Of a stretch of 64,000 bases of DNA, positions 10,455 to 24,433 are shown in pieces (positions within the stretch are counted from its first letter, which is position 1; every line of letters begins with the position of its first letter). Source of the stretch: Escherichia coli. GTDB lineage: Bacteria; Pseudomonadota; Gammaproteobacteria; Enterobacterales; Enterobacteriaceae. The stretch lies in the NCBI RefSeq assembly GCF_003334255.1, contig NZ_QOWU01000009.1; one strand, written 5' to 3'. A model generated the notes under the pieces. The model ran no database searches, was not told the DNA's origin, and worked only from the letters and a program-made list of their open reading frames with translations. A program made the translations under genes and the position numbers.

Positions 10455-10931
10455 TTGCGCTGGTTACCTTTTATTGCCATTTTCCTTTATGTCTATATTG
10501 AGATTTCAATCTTTATTCAGGTTGCCCATGTATTGGGGGTATTGCTGACCCTCGTGCTGGTTATATTCACGTCAGTTATCGGTATGTCACTGGTACGTAA
10601 CCAGGGCTTTAAGAATTTCGTGCTGATGCAGCAAAAAATGGCGGCGGGTGAAAACCCAGCGGCGGAGATGATTAAAAGTGTTTCGCTGATCATTGCTGGT
10701 TTGCTGCTTTTATTACCGGGCTTTTTTACCGACTTCCTCGGTCTTCTACTTTTATTGCCGCCGGTGCAAAAGCATCTGACAGTGAAGTTGATGCCGCATT
10801 TGCGCTTTTCTCGCATGCCTGGCGGCGGTTTTAGCGCCGGGACCGGTGGCGGTAATACTTTTGATGGTGAGTACCAGCGAAAGGATGATGAGCGCGACCG
10901 CCTTGATCATAAAGACGATCGCCAGGATTAA
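10455..10931 (+). CDS. fxsA: Inner-membrane protein FxsA (TTG start)
   Basis: 158-aa ORF with hydrophobic N-terminal segments and an acidic/basic C-terminal tail (DDERDRLDHKDDRQD). It matches the remembered FxsA. Confidence 0.85.
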   Translation: MRWLPFIAIFLYVYIEISIFIQVAHVLGVLLTLVLVIFTSVIGMSLVRNQGFKNFVLMQQKMAAGENPAAEMIKSVSLIIAGLLLLLPGFFTDFLGLLLLLPPVQKHLTVKLMPHLRFSRMPGGGFSAGTGGGNTFDGEYQRKDDERDRLDHKDDRQD

Positions 10932-10946
10932 TGTCGAAACGCCGGA

Positions 10947-12203
10947 TTATGTGGTTATGCCATTTTCCGGCGTTTTTCGTTTTGGCAGCAACAGCCATAA
11001 CCCCGCCAGCATGATCAGCGCATAGAGACTTTTCCAGCCGACCATTGCCAGTAACAGAACGCATAACAGCCCGCCAACCACCGCCAGTAGTCGATAACGT
11101 CCTTGCAATAATTTACAGCCTGCCAGCATGCATAACAGATAAATCATAATAAAGATGCCATTGGCATAAATAATAAGAGCGTCCAGATTGATCTCTAAAG
11201 CATGAATCACCAAAGTGCTCACCACACAGCAGCCGAGCACCGCATTGAGGGCATTATTCGGGATATGGCGAGAAGAGAGGCGTGCCAGGTAGTGGTCAGG
11301 ATTATGTTGCGCCTGCGACCAGACCAGGCGGGCGAAGCTCTGTATATAAATGTTGAGACTGGCAAAGCAGGCCAGATAGCCAATCACGCAGGCAATCCAT
11401 AACGCTCCTACACCGAACAACTGCACTACAATTTTTGGAAGCGATGCTGCCGCCGCCATTTTTTCACCATAGGCGTCGAAGTGTAAGACGACTACCGTAC
11501 AGCCCCAGTAGACTAATCCTGCCAGCAGCAGACCAATCATCAAAGCACGAGGAAAATCACGCTCTGGATTTTTAAATTCCGAGGCGAGATGGGCAAATGC
11601 CTCCAGACCGACAAAACACCAGAACATCACTGATAACGCAGCAAATAACCCGGTAAGTTCGATATTACCAGGTGCCGGAAAGGGGATATTCGCAGGTTTG
11701 ATATCGCCCGCCCACCAGATAGCGACAATCAGCGCGACGATAAGTCCGGCAATAACGGTTTGTAGATTAGCACTGGAACTGGCACCGCGAGTACCGATAT
11801 ACCACACCAGCGCCAGCGTACCGAGTTCTGCCAACAACAGTTGCCAGCTATGCCAGCCAAACATCGCCTGGCCGAACCCGGCGGCAATTTGTAGTGCGGC
11901 AGGCAAACCCACGGGAATGACCGATAAAAACAGCCAGCCGGTGACTCGCTCAAGCCGCGAACCAAACGCCATACCGACGAAGTGCGCGACGCCGCCTGCG
12001 CTGGGATAGTGGCGACCCAGAATCGCAAACACAATCGCAATCGGGAACACTAAGATAATCAAAACGGGCCACGCCCACAGGCTGTTATTGCCCGCTACCA
12101 GCGCAGCTAACGCAGGAACGGCAAACACGCCAGTGCCTAATAATGACGTCGATAGCAGGCCAATGCCCTGGGCCAGCCCCAGTTCTTGTTTGAGTCCACT
12201 CAT
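10947..12203 (-). CDS. yjeH: APC-family amino-acid exporter (418 aa)
   Basis: The ORF-track entry is 438 aa. The ATG at 12201-12203 gives MSGLKQELGLAQGIGLLSTSLLGTGVF. It is a polytopic membrane protein. Confidence 0.85.
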   Translation of the reverse strand: MSGLKQELGLAQGIGLLSTSLLGTGVFAVPALAALVAGNNSLWAWPVLIILVFPIAIVFAILGRHYPSAGGVAHFVGMAFGSRLERVTGWLFLSVIPVGLPAALQIAAGFGQAMFGWHSWQLLLAELGTLALVWYIGTRGASSSANLQTVIAGLIVALIVAIWWAGDIKPANIPFPAPGNIELTGLFAALSVMFWCFVGLEAFAHLASEFKNPERDFPRALMIGLLLAGLVYWGCTVVVLHFDAYGEKMAAAASLPKIVVQLFGVGALWIACVIGYLACFASLNIYIQSFARLVWSQAQHNPDHYLARLSSRHIPNNALNAVLGCCVVSTLVIHALEINLDALIIYANGIFIMIYLLCMLAGCKLLQGRYRLLAVVGGLLCVLLLAMVGWKSLYALIMLAGLWLLLPKRKTPENGITT

Positions 12204-12365
12204 GGGTTGATGTCCGATTGCGCCCAAATTTTGGGCAACTGCGTAGATTTTCGATGGTAGCACAATCAGATTCGCTTATGACGGCGATGAAGAAATTGCG
12301 ATGAAATGTGAGGTGAATCAGGGTTTTCACCCGATTTTGTGCTGATCAGAATTTTTTTTCTTTTT

Positions 12366-12399
12366 CCCCCTTGAAGGGGCGAAGCCTCATCCCCATTTC
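12366..12399 (+). promoter_or_regulatory. groESL heat-shock (sigma32) promoter
   Basis: CCCCCTTGAA, a 14-15 nt spacer, then CCCCATTTC. This matches the sigma32 consensus CTTGAAA-N13-15-CCCCATNT, about 80 nt upstream of groES. Confidence 0.8.
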
Positions 12400-12427
12400 T
12401 CTGGTCACCAGCCGGGAAACCACGTAA

Positions 12428-12772
<345 letters not shown>

Positions 12773-12803
12773 TCCGCGCACGACACTGAACATACGAATT
12801 TAA

Positions 12804-14462
<1,659 letters not shown>

Positions 14463-14488
14463 TTGCCCTGCACCTCGCAGAAATAAAC

Positions 14489-14525
14489 AAACCCCCGGGC
14501 AGAAATGTCTGGGGGTTTTTCTTTT
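14489..14525 (+). terminator. groESL terminator
   Basis: AACCCCCGGGCA-GAAA-TGTCTGGGGGTT hairpin followed by TTTTTCTTTT. Confidence 0.8.
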
Positions 14526-14599
14526 GGTCATCTTTCTAGTATAAGATTCAGACACGGACGACGCGAGTGGCGTCCAGCTCATTGATTATGGGGAATAAC

Positions 14600-14953
14600 A
14601 TGCACGTAAAATACTTAGCAGGGATTGTCGGTGCCGCGCTACTGATGGCGGGTTGTAGCTCCAGCAACGAATTGAGTGCTGCCGGTCAGAGTGTACGCAT
14701 TGTGGACGAGCAGCCAGGCGCAGAGTGCCAGCTGATTGGTACTGCGACAGGTAAGCAAAGCAACTGGCTTTCCGGGCAACACGGAGAAGAAGGCGGTTCT
14801 ATGCGCGGCGCAGCAAACGATCTGCGCAACCAGGCGGCTGCAATGGGCGGTAACGTGATTTATGGCATCAGTAGCCCGTCGCAGGGAATGTTGTCCAGTT
14901 TTGTCCCGACGGATAGCCAGATTATCGGTCAGGTTTATAAGTGCCCGAACTGA
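14600..14953 (+). CDS. yjeI: Small lipoprotein of unknown function (117 aa)
   Basis: The ORF was trimmed to the ATG at 14600. Signal peptide with lipobox LMAGC (MHVKYLAGIVGAALLMAGCSSS). Confidence 0.8.
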   Translation: MHVKYLAGIVGAALLMAGCSSSNELSAAGQSVRIVDEQPGAECQLIGTATGKQSNWLSGQHGEEGGSMRGAANDLRNQAAAMGGNVIYGISSPSQGMLSSFVPTDSQIIGQVYKCPN

Positions 14954-14987
14954 TGTGATCCAGAGGCTGGGTGACAAACGTATAATT

Positions 14988-15087
<100 letters not shown>

Positions 15088-15155
15088 TGACCAACGATCA
15101 CGTTATCAGTCATTTCAGGCTGGATGGCTCCAGCCTCGCATTAGCAAAGATGAGA

Positions 15156-16025
15156 TTATTTCGCCTGTGGTGCAGTTTTGCTGGTGGATTGAACACGTAA
15201 GTGATGCAGCGCGCGTAAGCATTGATCCTGGGTTAGCGGTTGGGCGTTATTCGCCGCTACGGTGCGAACATAGACCTGACATGGCACACCCGCGAGTTTT
15301 TTCAGTCGTGGGCTGAAATCAAGCATTCGGCGAGTGATCGCTTCTATTTCTTTACCCGGCGTTGCTTCACGCGTTTTCACCACTGCGCCGCTAAATTGTT
15401 CTTTGCCACTTTCATCTTTAAAGCGGTAAAGCACCGCCAGATAATGGTCGAACAAGTTATGTTTCCATTCCGGTTGGGAATAGGTGTCATATTCCAGATT
15501 GCCATTGTCCTGGCAGTCAACGTCGTATAACGGCAGGAAATCTAACAGTGAGGTAATACGTAATGCCAGTTCACGCATTTCCGCATTATTAATTGCATGA
15601 ATGATTGCTCGCGCCAGCATTTCAATCTGCAACTCATTGACGACTAACTCACATTTGCTACCGTCATGTAGCGTTAATACGAAGGTAAGATTTTCGCCTT
15701 GATTATCGGTAAGTTCCAGCGTGTTAACCCGACGATTAATATCGGCATTTTTAAGCTCATCAACCAGAATTTCTGGGATGTTTTCTGCCATTTTCTTAAT
15801 GACTTTATCGCGAGCTTGCTCATACTGAAGGTGTGCAGCAGCATCCAGTTTATGCTTTTGATGCAGACGACTTTCCAGCGCAATCAGCAGGTCGCGCAGT
15901 TCCATGACAGACATAAAGAACAACGATTCTTTATTGCGAGGTTCTTTAATTTTCAGCGCCAGTGCAATGAAATTATTACTCTTGCGAATAACACCGGTAT
16001 TAACACCCTTGATGCTTATGGCCAT
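15156..16025 (-). CDS. yjeJ: Hypothetical protein, no recognisable domain (289 aa)
   Basis: Clean 289-aa ORF with a very AT-rich upstream region (16026-16260). It matches the K-12 orphan yjeJ by position and length. I know of no function for it. Confidence 0.75.
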   Translation of the reverse strand: MAISIKGVNTGVIRKSNNFIALALKIKEPRNKESLFFMSVMELRDLLIALESRLHQKHKLDAAAHLQYEQARDKVIKKMAENIPEILVDELKNADINRRVNTLELTDNQGENLTFVLTLHDGSKCELVVNELQIEMLARAIIHAINNAEMRELALRITSLLDFLPLYDVDCQDNGNLEYDTYSQPEWKHNLFDHYLAVLYRFKDESGKEQFSGAVVKTREATPGKEIEAITRRMLDFSPRLKKLAGVPCQVYVRTVAANNAQPLTQDQCLRALHHLRVQSTSKTAPQAK

Positions 16026-16288
16026 GTAGGTTCTCCCTAACCATTTCTCAATTAAATAATTAATTTTAATTTATAAGCCAGATAAATGGGCTTGGTAGTA
16101 ATAGTTGTTAAAATAACATAAATAGCCGTACTCACTCTATATAAACAGAAAAGAAAGGTTAATTATTGGTGTTAGCTATATAAAAAGTAACAACAGCAAT
16201 GCATATGAATAATTAAAGGTTATGCAACGGGCAAAGATTAAACTTCCCAGTTTAATGACAGGTTGCTGTACTTGCGTTTGTTGCTCTT

Positions 16289-16387
16289 GCCGGATGCAGC
16301 GTAAACGCCTTATCCGGCCTACAGTTCATTGCAAATCCATTCAATTTCAATGCACGATGTAGGCCTGATAAGCGTAGCGAATCAGGC
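16289..16387. repeat. BIME/RIP-type element (two inverted REPs)
   Basis: GCCGGATGCAGCGTAAACGCCTTATCCGGCCTAC at 16289-16322 and GTAGGCCTGATAAGCGTAGCGAATCAGGC at 16359-16387. The REP types are in the opposite order to the 14988-15087 element. Confidence 0.85.
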
Positions 16388-16419
16388 AATTTTAATGTTT
16401 AACTTCCCTGTTTAATCAG

Positions 16420-17448
16420 TTACTGCTGGCGTAGCTGGAGATCCAGCGGCGTTTTGCTGGGTTCGCCGCCAATTTCTCGCGCCAGTTTCGGCACCAGATA
16501 TCCCGACACCAGTGTCAGCAACTCACGCATAATCTGCCGTGCTTCGTCATCACTCACCATAAAATGCGCCGCGCCCTGTACTTTATCGAGCACATGCAGG
16601 TAATACGGCATTACGCCGGCATCGAACAACGCATTACTCAGGTTTGCCAGCGTTTGTGCGTTATCGTTCACATCACGTAACAGAACGCTCTGGTTCAGCA
16701 AAGTAACGCCTACCCGGCGCAACTTAGCCATCGCCTGACGGAATGTTTCATCTACCTCATTGGCATGGTTGATGTGATTCACCAGCAAGATTTGCAGCGT
16801 AGAACGGGCAAAGCATTCAACCAGCGCCTCGGTGATACGTGCCGGGATCACAATCGGCAGACGGCTGTGAATCCGCAGACGTTTTATATGCGGGATGGCT
16901 TCCAGTTGTGTGAGCAACCAGTCCAGCTCGTGATCTTTCGCCATCAGCGGATCGCCGCCGGAGAAAATCATCTCGTCCAGTTCCGGATGCGCAGCAACAT
17001 ACTCAAGTGCAGTTTGCCAGTTACGCTTGTTGCCCTGATTTTCGGCATAGGGGAAGTGACGACGGAAGCAATAGCGGCAATTTACCGCGCAGCCGCCTTT
17101 GACCAGCAAAAGCGCCCGGTTGTGGTATTTATGCAACAAACCAGGCACTACGCTGTGCTGTTCTTCCAGTGGGTCGGTGGAGAATCCGGGCGCGATGACA
17201 AACTCATCTTGCGAGGTAAGTACCTGACGCAAAAGAGGATCGTCCGGATTGCCTTTCTCCATGCGATCGATAAATGAGCGGGGCACACGCAGGGCAAAAA
17301 GCTTTTTGGCGCTGCGTCCGGCTAACAGTTTTTCCTCCGCGTCTATATTCAAAAGACGCAGAAGTTCATCAGGATCGGTCACAACATCGGCAAGTTGCGT
17401 TAACCAATCTTCTCTGGATGGGGTATTTAGGGTTACAATATGCGCCAT
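16420..17448 (-). CDS. epmB: EF-P beta-lysylation pathway lysine 2,3-aminomutase (radical SAM)
   Basis: 342-aa ORF with the CxxxCxxC motif (CAVNCRYCFRR). It is recognised as YjeK/EpmB and is divergent from efp. Confidence 0.92.
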   Translation of the reverse strand: MAHIVTLNTPSREDWLTQLADVVTDPDELLRLLNIDAEEKLLAGRSAKKLFALRVPRSFIDRMEKGNPDDPLLRQVLTSQDEFVIAPGFSTDPLEEQHSVVPGLLHKYHNRALLLVKGGCAVNCRYCFRRHFPYAENQGNKRNWQTALEYVAAHPELDEMIFSGGDPLMAKDHELDWLLTQLEAIPHIKRLRIHSRLPIVIPARITEALVECFARSTLQILLVNHINHANEVDETFRQAMAKLRRVGVTLLNQSVLLRDVNDNAQTLANLSNALFDAGVMPYYLHVLDKVQGAAHFMVSDDEARQIMRELLTLVSGYLVPKLAREIGGEPSKTPLDLQLRQQ

Positions 17449-17489
17449 TTTGTGGCTTAGCTACCAATTAACAAATTTCAGAGGGCCTT

Positions 17490-18056
17490 ATGGCAACGTA
17501 CTATAGCAACGATTTTCGTGCTGGTCTTAAAATCATGTTAGACGGCGAACCTTACGCGGTTGAAGCGAGTGAATTCGTAAAACCGGGTAAAGGCCAGGCA
17601 TTTGCTCGCGTTAAACTGCGTCGTCTGCTGACCGGTACTCGCGTAGAAAAAACCTTCAAATCTACTGATTCCGCTGAAGGCGCTGATGTTGTCGATATGA
17701 ACCTGACTTACCTGTACAACGACGGTGAGTTCTGGCACTTCATGAACAACGAAACTTTCGAGCAGCTGTCTGCTGATGCAAAAGCAATTGGTGACAACGC
17801 TAAATGGCTGCTGGATCAGGCAGAGTGTATCGTAACTCTGTGGAATGGTCAGCCGATCTCCGTTACTCCGCCGAACTTCGTTGAACTGGAAATCGTTGAT
17901 ACCGATCCGGGCCTGAAAGGTGATACCGCAGGTACTGGTGGCAAACCGGCTACCCTGTCTACTGGCGCTGTGGTTAAAGTTCCGCTGTTTGTACAAATCG
18001 GCGAAGTCATCAAAGTGGATACCCGCTCTGGTGAATACGTCTCTCGCGTGAAGTAA
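17490..18056 (+). CDS. efp: Translation elongation factor P
   Basis: 188-aa [48 protein letters not shown], including the modified-lysine loop PGKGQA. Confidence 0.97.
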
Positions 18057-18065
18057 TGCGGTTGT

Positions 18066-18087
18066 GGTGCGGCCTGCAGGCTGCACC
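18066..18087 (+). terminator. Stem-loop after efp (possible weak terminator or attenuator before ecnA)
   Basis: GGTGCGGCC-TGCA-GGCTGCACC forms a 9-bp stem with one G-U pair. There is no clear U-run (ATCACTTATT), so read-through into ecnA is plausible. Confidence 0.45.
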
Positions 18088-18107
18088 ATCACTTATTCAG
18101 GTCAGAG

Positions 18108-18233
18108 ATGATGAAACGCCTTATCGTTCTTGTTTTGCTTGCCAGCACGCTGCTCACGGGCTGTAACACCGCTCGCGGTTTCGGCGAAGACATCAAACAT
18201 CTCGGCAACTCCATCTCTCGCGCTGCCAGCTAA
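18108..18233 (+). CDS. ecnA: Entericidin A, 41-aa lipoprotein (below the ORF-track size cut-off)
   Basis: Hand translation gives [41 protein letters not shown]. Lipobox LLTGC. Confidence 0.85.
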   Translation: MMKRLIVLVLLASTLLTGCNTARGFGEDIKHLGNSISRAAS

Positions 18234-18343
18234 TTTTTCTTCTCTTCCGAAAAATCATCAGATTCCCATCATTTTTGGCGATGTTGTCTATTATTAATTT
18301 GCTATAGGCAAACATAAATAACATTACCTAAAAGGAAGACGTT

Positions 18344-18490
18344 ATGGTGAAGAAGACAATTGCAGCGATCTTTTCTGTTCTGGTGCTTTCAACAGTATTA
18401 ACTGCCTGCAACACCACGCGTGGCGTTGGTGAAGACATTTCTGATGGCGGTAACGCGATTTCTGGCGCAGCAACGAAAGCGCAGCAATAA
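18344..18490 (+). CDS. ecnB: Entericidin B, 48-aa lipoprotein (below the ORF-track size cut-off)
   Basis: Hand translation gives [57 protein letters not shown] lies 6 nt upstream. It is a paralogue of ecnA. Confidence 0.85.
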
Positions 18491-18496
18491 GCAATA

Positions 18497-18531
18497 ACGG
18501 TACGACAGCTGTGTCGTGCCGTTTGTTTTTT
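18497..18531 (+). terminator. ecnB terminator
   Basis: ACGGTACGACA-GCTG-TGTCGTGCCGT (11-bp stem) followed by TTGTTTTTTC. Confidence 0.85.
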
Positions 18532-18601
18532 CTGCGATAGTCACAAAGGTAATAGTTGAAATTCCCCTGCCACCTGGCAAAATATCCGTTCAACCATCAG
18601 C

Positions 18602-18647
18602 TTTGCAGGACGACCTGCAAACGCCTCTTTTCACCGGGGACGGCCCC
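18602..18647 (+). promoter_or_regulatory. Guanidine-II (mini-ykkC) riboswitch in the gdx leader
   Basis: Two hairpins with ACGR tetraloops. The first is TTTGCAGG-ACGA-CCTGCAAA at 18602-18621. The second is GGGG-ACGG-CCCC at 18636-18647. The linker is 14 nt. SD GGAG is at 18656-18659 and the gdx ATG at 18666. Confidence 0.75.
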
Positions 18648-18665
18648 AATTCTCCGGAGCCTGAT

Positions 18666-18983
18666 ATGTCCTGGATTATCTTAGTTATTGCTGGTCTGCT
18701 GGAAGTGGTATGGGCCGTTGGCCTGAAATATACCCACGGCTTTAGTCGTTTGACGCCGAGTGTTATTACTGTGACGGCGATGATTGTCAGTATGGCGCTA
18801 CTTGCCTGGGCGATGAAATCGTTACCAGTAGGGACGGCTTATGCCGTGTGGACGGGTATTGGCGCAGTCGGCGCGGCCATAACCGGCATTGTGCTGCTCG
18901 GTGAGTCCGCTAACCCGATGCGCCTGGCGAGTCTGGCGTTAATCGTATTGGGGATTATTGGTCTGAAACTCAGCACTCACTAA
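18666..18983 (+). CDS. gdx: SMR-family guanidinium exporter (105 aa)
   Basis: The ORF-track entry is 155 aa. The ATG at 18666 gives [26 protein letters not shown], a 4-TM SMR protein (formerly sugE). Confidence 0.9.
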   Translation: MSWIILVIAGLLEVVWAVGLKYTHGFSRLTPSVITVTAMIVSMALLAWAMKSLPVGTAYAVWTGIGAVGAAITGIVLLGESANPMRLASLALIVLGIIGLKLSTH

Positions 18984-19513
18984 CTACCAGGCTGCTGTAC
19001 CCAAATAAATTTACTGACATCAAACCCTTCCCGGGTCGCGACTGCCAGCATCTCCTGTTTCACTTCGTCAGAAATGGTTGGCGTGCGGGAGAGTATCCAC
19101 AGGTAGTCGCGGTCCGGGCCGCAAACCAGCGCATGGCGGTATTCCCGATCGAGTGCAATAACGTTATAACCGCCATAGAAAGGACCAAAGAATGACACTT
19201 TCAGCGCAGCGCGAGTTGGTGCGCCGGTAAAGTACGCTTTCCCTTCACTCTGCTGCCACATTCCTCTGTCAGGGTTATAGCCTTTATTAATGACATTCAG
19301 GCCGCCGTCATCACGCAGGCTGTATGTTGCGGTGACTTTTTCCAGTCCACGTTCAAAGCGGTGATCAAAACGGGCAATCTCATACCAGGTACCGAGATAA
19401 CGTTTGGCGTCGAAATTATTTACTACGGTCACGCCACGCGGCGGCGTAGGAGAACTGCAGGCAACGACCAGAAATGCAGCTGTCGCTGCGGCAACGAGAG
19501 GGAGCAGGCGCAT
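18980..19513 (-). CDS. blc: Outer-membrane lipocalin lipoprotein Blc
   Basis: 177-aa ORF with lipobox VVACSS and lipocalin motifs ([10 protein letters not shown]). Confidence 0.92.
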   Translation of the reverse strand: MRLLPLVAAATAAFLVVACSSPTPPRGVTVVNNFDAKRYLGTWYEIARFDHRFERGLEKVTATYSLRDDGGLNVINKGYNPDRGMWQQSEGKAYFTGAPTRAALKVSFFGPFYGGYNVIALDREYRHALVCGPDRDYLWILSRTPTISDEVKQEMLAVATREGFDVSKFIWVQQPGS

Positions 19514-19601
19514 AAATGTTTCCTTACTGGTTTTTTTCTAAGTGTAGATGACAGCAAGGAAAAGCGGAGAAAAGGTCCGAAAATTCGGACCCGATGGAAT
19601 T

Positions 19602-21157
<1,556 letters not shown>

Positions 21158-21167
21158 CTCAGGCTCC

Positions 21168-22300
<1,133 letters not shown>

Positions 22301-22308
<8 letters not shown>

Positions 22309-24109
22309 TCGCCTTCTCCTTCTTATTGGCTGCTTCCGCCTTATCGGCTGCATCCGCTTCGCCACCGTAAACGCGTTTAGCTGGCGGCAGCGTAGTAATC
22401 TTCACGTCGCTGTACTCCAGGCGAGTCGTGCCATCAGCATCGCGGAAGGCGAGGGTGTGTTTGAGGAAGTTGACGTCGTCACGCTCGGTGCAACCTTCGT
22501 CCAGACGCTGGTGCGCGCCGCGGGACTCTTTACGTGCCATTGCGGAGTGCGCCATACATTCAGCAACGTTCAGACCGTGGCCCAGTTCAATGGTGTAGAG
22601 CAGGTCGGTGTTGAACACGCTGGAAGTGTCGGTGATGCGCACGCGCTTGAAGCGTTCCTGCAGCTCTGCCAGCTTGTCGATGGTTTTCTGCATCAGTTCC
22701 GGCGTACGGTAGATACCGCAGCCTTCTTCCATAGCCAGGCCCATTTCGTCGCGGATCTTCGCCCAGTTTTCGCCGCCATCCTGGTTAACCAGATCTTTCA
22801 GACGTTGTTCAACGCCAGCTGCCTGCGCTTCAATTGCCGCTTCGTTGCCATTACCGGCAGTTGCTGCACGCTCTGTCGCTTGTTCACCGGCCAGACGGCC
22901 GAAGACCACCAGTTCCGCCAGGGAGTTAGAACCCAGACGGTTTGCACCGTGCAGACCAACAGAGGAACATTCACCCACGGCGAACAGACCTTTAATGCGG
23001 GTTTCACAGTTCTGATCGGTTTCGATACCGCCCATGGTGTAGTGTGCGGTCGGACGTACCGGAATCGGTTCTTTAACCGGATCGACGCCAACGTACGCTT
23101 TCGCCAGTTCGCAGATGAACGGCAGACGTTCATGCAGTTTTTTCTCGCCGAGGTGACGCAAGTCGAGATAAACCACATCGCCACGCGGCGTGGAGATGGT
23201 GTTGCCTTTACGCCATTCGTGCCAGAAGGCCTGAGAGACTTTGTCGCGTGGACCCAGTTCCATATATTTGTTTTTCGGCTCGCCCAGCGGAGTTTCCGGG
23301 CCCATGCCGTAATCTTGCAGATAACGGTAGCCATTTTTGTTGACCAGAATACCGCCTTCACCGCGGCAACCTTCGGTCATCAGGATACCGGAACCTGGCA
23401 GACCGGTTGGGTGATACTGAACGAATTCCATGTCACGCAGCGGAACGCCGTGGCTTAGCGCCATACCCATACCGTCACCGGTAACGATGCCGCCGTTGGT
23501 GTTGTAACGATAAACGCGACCCGCACCGCCAGTAGCCATAACGACCGCGTTAGCACGGATCTGCACCAGCGTGCCTTCCATCATGTTCATTGCTACCAGG
23601 CCGCGAACATGACCATCATCAACCAGAATATCCAGCACGAAATGTTCGTCAAAACGCTGGATCTGCGGGAATTGCAGAGAGGTCTGGAACAGCGTGTGCA
23701 GCATATGGAAGCCGGTCTTATCGGCGGCGAACCAGGTGCGCTCGATTTTCATGCCGCCGAAGCGACGTACGTTGACGCTACCATCCGGGCGACGGCTCCA
23801 TGGGCATCCCCACAGTTCCAGTTGGGTCATTTCGGTTGGGCAGTGGTGGACGAAATAATCCACGACATCCTGCTCACACAACCAGTCGCCACCCGCTACT
23901 GTATCGTGAAAGTGATATTCGAAGCTGTCATGATCCTGCGCGACAGCGGCGGAGCCCCCTTCTGCAGCAACGGTATGGCTACGCATCGGGTATACTTTTG
24001 AGATTAGTGCGATTTTTGCATTCGGATTTGCCTGCGCGGCAGCAATTGCAGCACGTAATCCCGCGCCACCGGCGCCTACAATGGCAAGATCGGCTTGAAA
24101 GGTTTGCAC
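22301..24109 (-). CDS. frdA: Fumarate reductase flavoprotein subunit (GTG start)
   Basis: 602-aa ORF with an N-terminal FAD fold ([25 protein letters not shown]) and the covalent-FAD His region SHTVAAEGG. Confidence 0.96.
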
Positions 24110-24433
24110 GACATTCCTCCAGATTGTTTTTATCCCACAGCCACGTACTTCAGGGTAAGTACCTGAAAGTTACGGTCTGCGAACGCTATTCCACTGCTCC
24201 TTTATAGGTACAACAGTATAGTCTGATGGATAAGTCTGAAATTTGACGAGATCGATTTTTTTAGTGCGCAAGAGGGCTAAATTATCACTGAAGATGATTA
24301 ATTTAATTACTAAACCATCAGATCGTGCTTTTTTTAGTCACTGCCCACCGCTGTTTGATTCCTGCGTAAAATTTGTCTCGCCGTCGCGTTGCGAGTAGAC
24401 TTCGTGCCCTTGTCAAAAACTGGAGATTTAACT

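Noticed and set aside
16222-16362. 46-codon Cys-rich ORF (MQRAKIKLPSLMTGCCTCVCCSCRMQRKRLIRPTVHCKSIQFQCTM) with an AAGG 4 nt upstream, in the AT-rich gap above yjeJ.
   Set aside because: Its C-terminal two-thirds are encoded by the REP/BIME element, so the Cys and Arg richness is a by-product of REP sequence. I have no conservation evidence for it. It would need ribosome-profiling support.
22457-23458. 333-aa plus-strand ORF inside frdA. Similar long antisense ORFs occur at 9276-10115 (aspA), 62368-63222 (ulaA), 45101-45805 (hflC), 44031-44681 (hflK), 42098-42727 (hfq/hflX) and 32722-33369 (rsgA).
   Set aside because: All are antisense to well-recognised conserved genes, are low-complexity, and lack start contexts. 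I did not report them as features.
24236-24262. Possible FNR box (ATTTGACGAGATCGATTTTT) upstream of frdA.
   Set aside because: frdABCD is FNR-activated, and I recall a site near here. I could not align this sequence convincingly to TTGAT-N4-ATCAA by eye, because only one half-site fits. I therefore did not call it as a feature. A position-weight-matrix scan would decide.
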